Shown: piece after piece, positions 33,974 to 45,800 of the stretch
Position numbering within the stretch: position 1 is the stretch's first letter
Layout of the letters: the number at the start of each line of letters is the position of its first letter
Assembly (NCBI GenBank): GCA_000708835.1
Contig: DF237560.1
Coordinates: 1 to 51,757, forward strand
Reading direction: 5' to 3'
Length of the DNA stretch: 51,757 bases
Source of the DNA: Klebsormidium nitens
Lineage: Eukaryota > Plantae > Klebsormidiophyceae
The notes under the pieces: generated by a model
The model's input: only the letters and a program-made list of their open reading frames with translations
What the model was told of the DNA's origin: nothing
Database searches by the model: none
Position numbers and translations under genes: made by a program

Positions 33974-36900
33974 ATGTGGAAGTCTGCCAGTGCAGGGGTT
34001 GATGGCCCTCGCCACATCAACTATGCACAGCTTTTCTCGTTTCAAGTTGCTCAGTATGTCCCTCCAGCAACTAAGGGGTTTGCTTCTGTTCTCGTCAAAA
34101 ACAAGGTCGGTCGTACTTTTCCTTATCAATGAACAAACAGTTCTATAGATTTGACATTTTCCCTGGGTGCCGTTGCTGATGAATGTGGCTGGGTGAAATG
34201 CGCACCAGCTCTTTTGTTTCGATGGTGAAGTCAGGCATAAGACATCAAAGGATGAATGTTTTTGTCCCCTGACCATGTAAGAGCTCTCCGATAGAAGCTT
34301 GTCCAGGTCAAGGTTGATCGATCCTTTTCCAATTTGATCAGGCTGCAACCTGGAGAAGGTTGATACTTGAGGTGGACTTCACGGGCGGAGTCCTTGTCCT
34401 GCAAGACAAAGACGCGATTGAATGTGTAAGTACTCAACGTCTGAGTGTGAGACAGATTAGTCCGCATCTACTTTTGCATGGCACTTCTGCATCCGACAAA
34501 CTCTTGAAAAGGCAACCGAGAATTCTCTGTAATCTGCCATGTTGAAGAACCAGTGATTACTATGTTTCAATCGTTGACATCTGCTTTATCTCCGCTGTTG
34601 TGCAGAGTCAACCTTTCGTATCTTTTCTCGAAGTCGAAGCCCCTGCCGACAACGACGACACAATGCTGATGCTGCACTTTGCGTATCCTCTCACTGCAAA
34701 AGACTTGTACATGTGGTGATTGATTGTGCATTTGTGATATGTCGGACGTGCTAGAAGCTTGCTGAATGCAAAAACAGGTTGGTCTGATCCTTGACTCAGA
34801 TATGTTACGCAGCGGGTACATCGAATGGAAAGTGACTATGCAGAATATGGCAGACCGTCTCTGCATGCAGCACATACTTGCGGTGAGCCCAGCAGCTGTA
34901 TTGAGGTAGAAGGAGGAATGCACAAACGTAAAGTCTTCATAGAATGTCAAGATGATATACGAAATAGAAGCTAACAAAGAGGAATCTAGTGCCAAACGCA
35001 TTTACATCAATCGTGTTGGTCATGAGCTTCCTATCTTAGCTAAAAGGCAACGGGGAACCATCTGCGCGGTAATCTTGTCTCTGAGGAGATCGGCTGTCAA
35101 GGCGGGCTGACGTTAAACCTATTTTGGATTCGTTGCAGCACGTGAAGCGGGACATCTCCGTTGAACAGGTCGTGGCATCGGGAACGGGGTTAGCAGGCAT
35201 GGTGAGGGACTTGAAGGGCCTCGATGAGTGGCCAGCGTTCAACAAGGGCGCCCTTGAAGAAAGTGTCTTTGGTACACTGAGCTGGATTTTGGAGACCAGA
35301 ACGTTCGACATTCGAGCATGAAGAGTCGATTTCGGCGAGCTTGTTTTGGTCGGCGGATGCAGAATTGATCAAACATAAGGATCATGACTTTGAGTCGCCG
35401 CCGACTGATTTGACCCCTCCTCCACGTTCGGCTTGCAGAGTAAAGAAGTCATCAGGTGTGGGCCCCTGTCTCGGAAGGCCAAAACACAGCTGAAGGTGAG
35501 TCGCATACGTCAGCAGTCTTGTTGAACGAGGGTGAGTATCTAATAGACAGTAGATGAAGTAAAAGCGCTTGTAATAGGTAGGGTTGACAAGCTCAGATGA
35601 CGGTATCAGCGCCCAATTGACCAACCCGCTCAGCTGCTCGTTTGTTTTCGTTCCTGCAGAAGGACACCAGATGGGTGGTTCTAGTCCCGGGCAAGCTGTT
35701 ACTATTCAAGGTGACTAGAGCATATCTAATCTCCTGACCTCACTTGTTGAAAACATCGAGTCGAATCATGAATCAACAATTGCGAACTGTTTTTGTCGTG
35801 GACCTGGACTTTGACGTCGAAGTCCCTAAATTTCGTGACAATTTCATGTCCCCTTATACAACAACGTAATTACCCCCACTTTCCCTGGACTCTTTGGGTT
35901 CACCAAGGTCGCAGCATCTAGCTCTCTGAATACAGGGGATTAGAGACACAGGGGTCCGTGGTAAGACGACGGTTTTGTCGTTGATTGGCTTGGTGCTTCC
36001 ATTCGCAAATGTCTACCGTAACAACTTCATTGCTGACTCCACTGCATCGACGAACAGATTCAAGAGACCGTCGGCCGCCACGTCCGATACGTATCTTCTC
36101 TTGTCGGAGCGTCAGTTAAGGTTCGTACTACACCATTTTTAGTTCTGCTTTTCCTTGCTTGCTCACTGTGGAGAACTTCTCTACCTAGCTTCTTGACATA
36201 TTGAGTCAGAGTCCACCTTTGCGGTTTCCATGTGTCTGTGGGCAAGAGGGGTCAGGTCAGGGCATTGCTACAAGAACGGCAAAACTCAGGGTACGTGAAG
36301 CTCTGAAAGATATAAGAAACATCAGAAGGCTTTGTGTGGAACAGCGCACAACATGTGGGATGTTGTGATTGTGGGCGACACCGGGAAACGGGGCCAAAAG
36401 AGAAACAGGGCTGATGTGTGATCTCTTTTGCGCAGCCCACGCTAAATGGTTTGGAGTTTCAAGTGAGCGCGCCGGGCACAAAGACGGTAACCTTCGAGGC
36501 GGCGAGCTTGGTGAGCACACTTCAGACGATCTCTTGATCTGTCAACATTTGTCATGCAAGAGCTTTTCCATGCAAGAGCTTTTTCAAGGACAAGAAAGCT
36601 TCAACACTTCGCCGTTCCAGATCTACTTCTTCCTGGCTCTCGATTGCAGGACGAGAGGATGCAAAAGCGCGCAAAGCTTCAATCAGGTATACTCTTTGAC
36701 CATATCTACGAACTTCAAGCTAGAAAAGATTTGAGAGAGCCCTTATTGCGTTAACGAACGATTCAAACAACTGTCATTCAAATCCTAGTGGCAAGGAAGA
36801 AGCTGAAGCTTTCGTCGCTGTGCAGGAGGACTTGCAGAGCTGGCTCGGGGCCTTCGACCAGGCGATCCTCGCGGCCATCTACGAACTGCGTGACGGATTT

Positions 36901-39900
36901 AAGGAAGGGCCCGCCAGCACCGCCCGGGGTATCGTCAGCAACGCGGCCACGCGCGCGAGCTTCGCGGCCGCTGCCGCGCCCGCCGAGCCGCGCGCAATGT
37001 CCGACCCAACCCCTCCCAAACCCCCGCCCATGGCGCCCGTGCTCGAGCGCTCCGCGTCGGCTGTGCCCGCGCGCGGCAAGCTGGAGCACTCAGAGGCGTA
37101 CAACCAGCGCCCGGAGCCGCTCGCGCTTCCGCCGTATTCCGCTGGAACCCCGCGCGGGTTTGGCGGAACCCCGACGGAACAGCCCGTGAGTCCGGCCGGT
37201 TGGAGGAGCGAGCCGAGGCTGGGAGACGAGCGTACGTTGCCGCAGATTCCGATGCCGCTTCCGCTGAAGAGCCCCTTTTTGACAGCGGACGCGCAAACCC
37301 CTAAAACCCCAACCGCCTTCTCGCCAAGACCCCCGCTCTTCCCAACGAGGCCTTTTGCGGCCGTCAGCCCTGGACACACCGATATCAGCTCGCAGTATTT
37401 GCCCGCGGCGAAGCCAACTTCGGTGCCTACGGAGCTGGCGGATCTGTCGCCCGAAGTCGTGGCCGCCATCAACGCGGCCGCGGCCGCGCAGGCGAAGGCC
37501 ACGGCGGACGGGTTGGTGCAGGATCTCGCGAGCGCGGAGACGCGCGCGGCGCACGCGGAGGCGATGTATAAGGCAATCGCCACAGCGGAAGGTTAGTCTG
37601 ACTCCACCTAGTTTCTTGTTTGGATTTCACGGTGCCGGTCACCGGTTTAATTAGGTCGTCGAAGGAGATGGGTTGATGGACAAAATCTGGCTTCAGGCAC
37701 GACGCGGTGACAGCGCTTCTGAGTGCAGCCGATACGCATCAAGGCGATGTGAAAGCCCAATGTAGGGGCTTCATCTTTGCCGCCCATGTCGTATTCTCCT
37801 TTGTTGTCTGACTGGGGGCTTCTGTTCCAAGCTTTTCGTAATTAGTTCTCATTACTTCTCGGTCCGCATCCTTCGTATCGTTGCAAGGTCTTGGATAAGA
37901 GGACGATGATAGACTGCCGACTGATAGGATTGGCACGTTTTTGGCTCGTCTGCATCGTCTCGTTGACAGCGTTGCTCTGGTATTATCCGTTTCCTTCAAA
38001 TCACATTTTTGAGTCACGGTTGTTTTCTGCTGCTTCGAGGGCTGCTTCGAGGGCAATCTACTCACCCTTCAGTCCTTATCTCCGTTCTCGCTCCACGCCA
38101 GGCGTCGCAAGCGCAGCAAAAGCGGCCGCGCAAGCCGCATCGGAGGCGCTCGCGAAAGCCGAGGCGGTCTCCCTTGCAACCGAAACCTCGCAGCGCGACG
38201 CGCTCGCGGGCGCGCTCGCGCGCTCCTCGCGCACCGAGCAAACCCTGGCAAACCTGGAGAGCGCGGTGGAAGCGAAGGCCGCGCAGGGCAAGTCCTTTGC
38301 GGAGATGCTCGCTGCGGCGGCGGCAGGTGAGAAAATCGAACGGAACAGGATGGGAGCGGAATGTGTCGGACTGCTCCTCTTGACCTCGTTTGCTTGATTT
38401 CCAAAGAGGATGTTATTAGCGATCTCGAACGGGGAGCGGAAAAGGTGAGGTGAGGCCTACAAGATACGTCGCCGGGCTCAAACGGGAATCGGGTGATTTT
38501 CTGCTTTCGTGGCAACAATCAATCTCTGAGCAGAAGATATACCAACCTTGAGCGCCGTATGGGACAAATTTCTGATTCCGTACATTAGAATAAGATCTGA
38601 AAGATCTGAAAGACGGGCAAAAAACGGGCTTTTGTTGTCAATGTCCACTGTATCCAGACGTGCCTTGCACTGCACTGCCGAAAGTGCCGGACCGTTAAAG
38701 ATTCCTTTCGGTAAAGCCTCTCGGATTTCTGGGGTCTTTTTGTACAAAGACGGCTGCGCTGACCAACTACGCAACGGAAAACCCGTCTTTGCAGCTGATG
38801 CCAAAAACAACTTGCAATCATGAATTATGGTCACGGTAACCCCCCATCAGCCAATGACCAGATGTCCACACTTGCAGCCCGGGGCTCTTCCCCGACTATC
38901 GTCGTCAATTACAACTCCAACAACACCCAGAACAACTTCGCCGGTCAGCCTGCGCCAGCCGTGCCCGCGCCCGCTGAAGCCCCCCGACCCCTAGAGCCGC
39001 CGGTCATCACAGAGGTTGTCGAAGCGCCGGAATCCGTTCCCCTTCCGGCGGAAAACCAGGCGGAAAACGCATCGCCCACGAGGAATGTGAAGGCCATGTT
39101 CACTCCTGGTTGGGCGGGTGTCCTGGGCAAGAAAGTGCCCTCCGGCGGCGAGTCCGAGTCCGGCGACTCCTCGACCGGAACATCTCCCCCCGGAACCGGA
39201 ACGCACCGCGATAGACGGCTGGCGGAGTACTCCGACTCGGACGCCGTCGACTCCGACTGGGACACCGACTCTGACAGTCACCGGGAAGCGACTCCCTCTC
39301 CCCCGCGCACGGTAAACGTGCCCGGTACTTACAAACCGGGGGGTAGTCTAGCCGCCCAACTGGCAAATAGGCTGGCGCGCAAGGAAGAGTCTGCAGCCGC
39401 CAGCGAATCGAGCGCTGGCCAGCGCAGTGAACACGTGGCAGCCTTACCTCCGTCGCCCAAAAGCCCCACCAACCCCCTGGCCGCGCGCGTCGCGCAGGCG
39501 GCCGCGGCTTCGATCATCCCGCCCCCCGAGCACTTCCTGACGGCGGCCATCGAGACGGAAGTACCGTCTCCGGTGTCGCCATCGAGTCCGATGTCCGCAG
39601 CTAGTTCCAAAGGACGCCGACGGGCGTCGACCTCCGACGACTTCGAGCCAAGCGTTCCGCTGACATCAGCGATTTCGCCAGCGGAAGAGCCGCAGCTTTT
39701 GAAGCCGTCGGAGATGAGGGGCAAGGCGGGGCTCGGCAGCCAGAGGGCGGCCGAGGAGACGATGACGTCAGCCTTCAAGGTGTCGACGTCCGCAACCTCC
39801 GTGGCGGCACGTGCCGAAGCGTTCCAGAAGATCGTGGATGCGTCTGCCGAGAAGGTGGGTGGTCGTCAGGAGATTAAGTCTGCTGAGAGATTCTTGACAT

Positions 39901-40734
39901 ACTGGTGCTTTGCAGAATCTTACATGATAGAAGGTGCATCATAGGGCAATTGTACGAATTAGTGTTATCCGAACCGTAACAACGTTTCGACAACCTGAAT
40001 TAGCAGGCAACGGAAAGGCTTGTAACCCTGCGGGAATGCCAACCTCTCCCTACTTACCCGGGCTTCAAGGCTATCTTTAACCGCATCTTTCTCGTTGATG
40101 TTGAACCGTGTCGAATCAAAATTTGCTGCAGTTACCATGATAAACCTTTCGCAACGTGATGTGACTGTACCGATTGCTTCGTCTCTGCAAGCTCTCATGA
40201 TCATGCTCTAATTTTGCGCTGCAGGCTCCCGAGATGAAGGTGAGAATGTTCGAACCAGCTCTTCTTCGTAACATGAAGGCTTGGCGGCTCGTCTGAAAGC
40301 TAAGAAGACGAAACGTCACGGGCTCTTATCGTATAAGCACTGCTGAGCCGGCAACCTGAGAAGGTCAATGCAGCTCTTGATTGCGTTACCGGTGTATCCT
40401 CGACTCCCAGAAAGACCCACTATTTCGTTCCTAGATCTTCAGTCACCGCTTGTCATCAAGGGCAGCAGTTTTCCAGATTACCCTCGATTCAAGTCAGGAA
40501 GACGCAAAGTGTGTTGGTCTCGCGTCAACGATGTTTGCGAACGTCGTAGTTTCTCAGAGCCCCTAAGTGACGGAGCGAATCGAGAATTCTGTCCGACATC
40601 TCGTTAACGACTGGTTCCGTTGTAACCTTCCCGGCTCCCGTTCAGAAAACGTGGTACTCGAAGCACGTCTCGACGTCGGAAGGCGTCTACTCGCCGAAGA
40701 CTCAGTTTGCACAGGGACCGCCCGCGAAACGAAA
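33974..40734 (+). CDS. Protein with two PH/PH-like domains, a Pro-rich linker, an Ala-rich coiled coil and a long disordered tail (final exon unresolved, about 40.9-41.3 kb)
   Basis: Phase-consistent exons 33974-34105, 34342-34425, 34606-34715, 34813-34882, 35139-35201, 35439-35495, 35660-35710, 35952-35960, 36058-36120, 36436-36510, 36826-37591, 38102-38326, 38851-39854, 40225-40239, 40646-40734. The second domain reads VIRCGPLSRK...RWVVLVPGKLLLFK...TVTFEAASLEDLQSWLGAFDQAI, a typical PH pattern. The start codon is tentative. Confidence 0.75.
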
Positions 40735-42871
40735 GTGAGCTCCTAAGAATCGAATTTGGTCCAAGATTTTACTAGCACTTGTACGCAGAAGCATCAAATA
40801 AAGACGTTTCATGTATTTCCTTTCGCGTTGGATGTCCTCCAATTGACTGTGTGGAAGGTTTCTCTGTTGAAGAATGACGTGCATCGAATCGAAGCGGTCA
40901 ACGTCCAGATTCCCTGCAGAAATCTGTCACTGACTCCTAAGAATAAACAGCGCCTTCACTTTGGGTTTTTCAGTGTGCTGCCCACGAGGTTCAAAATGGG
41001 TTGAGTCTCATTCAGGTCCTTACTATAACGGGTGGACGTTTCAGTCTCTGGACTTCATTGAGAAGGAATGTACGAGACCATCTCGCTCATGCGCGCTTGG
41101 TCTTGTCTGAGGGAAAGAGGGCGAAAATTGTTTTGTCGTAGGTGCAACGAAGCCAACAGGTTCCCTCAGGTTTCAGGTAACCCTAGGATCCTACGATGTA
41201 AAGAGACTGTGCCAAATCATCGCTTCGACCAAATTTCAAAGAATGTTCCGTTTGCTGCTCTCAGCGAAATGCGAAGGTCGTTTTCTTAAACTTGCAGCAT
41301 TGCCGATCTGCCCTGAAGCTGCCACCCTATTCCAAAGCGTTCGACAAAGAACCTGTACAAGCGAAAGGGACACCTGCATCAATCAGTGTACTCTAAAGAG
41401 CGTCGGCGCTCACTGGACCGCCTACTTTGAGGATCAGTAGTTTCGAATCGGATCTAATTACTTGGAGGCTCTAGATAATGTAGAATGTACTGCTCGTGAG
41501 CTAGAAAAGCGCACTGGCGGAGTCTGAGGGAAACAAACGATACGTTCGCCAGCTTTGGGGCTTGCATCGACTTCCATGAAATCATCCATCTGACAACGAA
41601 GAATGAAGTATACGTGGAACAGAGAGACTGCACGCTCTGCATTCGACCAATATCAGCGCTCCGGAATCAGGAGATATTATAGATATCATAAGCGGTAGTC
41701 AAATGATCAGTTGGCTGGCTTATGTCTGCTGCAGAGAGTCCAAGTGCTTCTTATGGCTGCCCGTCAAAAACAATCGACATTATTGCATTTATTGCAAAGA
41801 TCTTGGCAGGAGCAATTCTCTTTGAATCCAGGTTTTATTCGGTATGTATTCCAACTCCAGAGCCTGTCTGAGATGGAGCCGTTTCTTATCCACATCACCA
41901 ATCAGCTTTGGCCGGTCACCATGCGCGGTCAGTGGCTTTTGATAAGCCCCTTTTTGGATATGTGCGACACCTCTGCATTGCCGTATATGCACGTAAGCCA
42001 GAGCAATGAGTAACCTTTCAGTCTTTAGCGTAAACATAAGTATATTGTTATGTATACTGCGATAACGAGCACGTTATGGGTGACCATGACTCGGTACGCC
42101 GCCCGTCAGTCAGTCAGGCAAAGGCGCGGTGCCTGCGCCCGGCCTGCAACACCTCAATACTGAGTCAAGGATCTGACAAAAGCTCGGGAAGAAAGATGTG
42201 AAATCGAGATTTCGAACCAAGTGATGCAAAATCCAGAAATACTGATTAAAATGGACATTCTGCCGTACGCCGCACCTATTTCTAAGAAGTAAAGCCCGTT
42301 CAGAACTGATGGCTAGGCTGCCAAGCAGTGCCGTATGGCGTTTCAAGCATGTCTAGCCCCCCACTGATCATAAGCGTTACATGATTGAAACGCGTTGCGC
42401 AGCACTCCCCATTGAATCCTCTGATTGCGCATGACGTCACCTTGTGACTGTGCACGCTTTCCGGTCGGTCCGGCGTTTGATGATCTCGAGGATTATGGTC
42501 AAGACATCATGATGTGACTACCGTAGTAACAGATCTGGTGTCGTTGTAGTGTATACTACCAGAATGCTGTAACGCTGTTTCGAAATGGCGACCAACGCTG
42601 ACGATCGAAGTCGTCAGGAGGGCCGTGCAAGTAGTACATGAAGCCTCTCGAAATGCAATATTGGTTGACTCGGACGCGGACGGTCTTGTCAAAGCGCAAG
42701 GACCAGGTGCCCTTTCCTGACGGTGTAGCTGCTTTCAATGGCTGGCGAGGGCAATCCCCTCAGCATTCCTGAAGAAGCAGGCGTTAAAGCTGATGGATTT
42801 CCTGGAGCATAAGTCAGCATCTATGCGCGAGAACTAAGTGGAAACCAGACGTCAAGCCCTTTCTGTCCCTC

Positions 42872-45800
42872 ATGGGGGGCGGTCAGGGGAGAAAGGACTG
42901 CAGCCTGAAGGAGTGGCTGGGTCGTCTGGGTCTAGAGGACACTGTGAGCCTCTTAGAGAACGGTGGTTATGATGTCAACAATCGTTTCGACGTGAAGCTT
43001 GAGGCTGCGGGTTTGGGGACGCTTCAGCAGATTGAAGGGCTTGCTAGAGAGGAGGCAGAGCATATCCGACAGCACTTTGAGGGAGAGATCAAGGAGGTAA
43101 GAAACGGAGCATCAAGCTTCTGGAGTGGCTGAACGACCGGAAACCTGAAGAGACTTCTGTGACGAAGTCTGACATCACGTCTTCTCCAAACGTTGCTGAT
43201 GCAAGTAGCTCAGGTGGACCAGCGGCTACTTGGGTGTCAATCCTAGAGTTGCAATGTACCAAGACTTGGGAGAAAGGTCTAGAGATCGTGATTTATCTTT
43301 TGAAAGTTTTCACATGAGAGAGCACACTATGAAGATACGTTTTGGCAGCGCAAAAGGTCCCAACATGATGATATATGGATGGCTTAGCTTGAGGTTCCCA
43401 GCATAAAAGCTCATTGAAATTCTACACAAATATATCATACCTTCAAAACTTTCAAACTTTGTCCTTTGCCAAGACAAACTCGTCACGTGAGACTTCGGCT
43501 CCTGTTGAGGTCTTCTTGTCTTTCGCCTGCGTATTACAGTTCTCAATTGTTACAGTGCCCCTTATGCTTACTTTGGAGAATTGAGATGATTGACCAGTAA
43601 GAAGGAAGTCAATGAACGTGAAGGTCCTCATGCCAGAAGCTTTTCACTGCCTGAAGTAGACGTACAAATCAGATTTGTGGCACCATCACGTTTACTTTCA
43701 GCACACTCGATCGAGAATGATAGTTTGGAGTTTTCTGCGGTCACGTCATACGTGCATCAAAACCATTGAACGAAAGGAGCATTCATCAGTCACAGTAGGT
43801 ATGAAGGAAGAAGGAAAGTTGTTGGACGTTGAAAAAGGAAGTGCAATGCTTACGCACAAGAACTCTTTGCAAAGAGTTTTTGTGTGAATTCAAGTCGTTC
43901 AGAATGGAGTGCAATTGTAGAAATCTCCTGCCCTTGACTGTTAGCTGGAAGCTTACCCAATGCTAGCAAAAACATTTGAGCACTTCGCATCCACTGGTTG
44001 TATGATCAGATTCCAAGCACTTTCTTGCCTGCAGATCATATGATGAGTTCTCTGATCTTACTTTGCAGATAGAGGAAGCAGTACAAGAACCTGACATGGA
44101 AAGCAGCATCCCCTTGGGAAGCAGGAAGAGGCTTCTGAGGAGAGCCTATCAAGATCCTGGCACGCCGTCTGCCAGCTTCTGGGATGGCCCATTCGGGTCC
44201 AGGCTTCCTCCTGCTCTGAGGAAAATCTGTGACGAGCATGGGTTCGAGGAAGCAGAAGATCTGTACACATTGACAGAGGAGGAGCTGCAGGACCCTTCTT
44301 TCGGCCTGAAGGTTGCCTCAAGGAATAAGCTGTTGAATGCTCTCCAGGAGGCTGCAAAGGTCCTCGACTGCGGAGTCGATGCTGAAAGCGGACTCGAAGG
44401 CGCAACGGCTCTCGACGAGACGACTGGCTTGATGCAGCCGAAGGCTTACCGGAGGTTCCAGCTCATGGCACTGGACAATGATCACCAGAATGACCGATTG
44501 GTTGAGAAGATTGTCCTTCCAAGGTAAGGAAAGGAGGCAGCTATGCCTTTGGAGTCCTAGGACAAGATGTTCAGTACAAGCGTCCTTGTATTTTTATCAA
44601 GTCATCAGAAACAAGACTTGTGATCTCTTTGATAAGACGTTGAGCAGGAAAATGTTTTTAGTGCAAGTGGCGACAGTTGCTTCTTCGGCATCAAAGTCGT
44701 AAGATAAATCTCAACCGCTGGGCAACACAGTCTGGGGAGTCCAGCCTGCTGCTCCGTGTAATTTCTCAGAGTGCCCTTGACCAAGAGTCTTGCCGAACCT
44801 TTGCCGGCACTCAGCTATGAATGCTTTCAAGATGCATCTCCCTGCATTCCTTTCAGGTCAGTGAGTATTATTGGGTCAGTGAGTATTATTACCCTGAAAT
44901 GTGCTCTACGATAGATAATTCTGCGTTTAGCTTTGTGCTTGAAGGCTGTCCACAATTAAGTCTGGATCTTGCACAATTAAGTCTGGATCTTGTAATAACT
45001 TACAACGTTTTTTTTCTTCCACTGCAGAAGGGAGATCGTCGAGCTTTGCAATGACGTCTTCCCTGCAAGCTGCAGAGGAAACGCGTCCAAATTGCAGTTC
45101 GACAAACTCGATACCATCAGCCACGAGTGCTACGGCCTTTTTGGACAGAAGCTGCCAATGCTGAAGCTGTTGGCCCGGTTGGGAGCCATCTCGAGCACGG
45201 AAGCCAGTACGAATCACCAGAGTTGGAACGATCTGGCCCCGGGTATGTACGCGATCACTGTCCAGGGCCATTATCCTTCCGACGCTGGGTCTGGCTTGGC
45301 AGGAAGCTTGCGGCGGACCTTCGTCGTCTATTGGCCACAGGACGACAGGTTCCTCTCAGTACAGGCAACGGACCAGACCACGACCTTTCTGAGATACCTC
45401 ACTCAGCTGTGCGAGCACGTCTTCGTCTGCATGGACCAGAATGCAGCCCTGGCTTTCCCCAAGGACCGGATCGAGAAGGAGTCCCAGAGGATACTGGAAA
45501 TCAGCATTGACAAGACTACCGTTCAGGTTGGTTTCCTCCTTTTCCTGAATGATTTACTTTCTTACGGAAGATTGTTTGGAGAACGTTCCTGGCAAATGGT
45601 CAAAGCAAAGCCTCTGAAAGGGTTTGTAGCACCTTATCTTGACTAAAAAGCAAGCCTACTGTATCAAATCCATTGTAGTTTTTCTGCTCGCCCGGGAGAC
45701 TGATCATGAGTAGAGCATTTCGGATCGTCTTTGATTGGCATCGGCATCTGATCGGCGCATCCTTCGTATCCCCAAGCCACTTCGGTCCCTTGCTTTAGAT

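Noticed and set aside
33764-34348. 194-aa minus-strand ORF
   Set aside because: Overlaps plus-strand exons with consistent splice phases and PH-like sequence, and has no motif of its own.
36879-39778. Long minus-strand ORFs (234 aa, 154 aa, 149 aa)
   Set aside because: Antisense to GC-rich exons of the PH gene; expected from GC3 bias.
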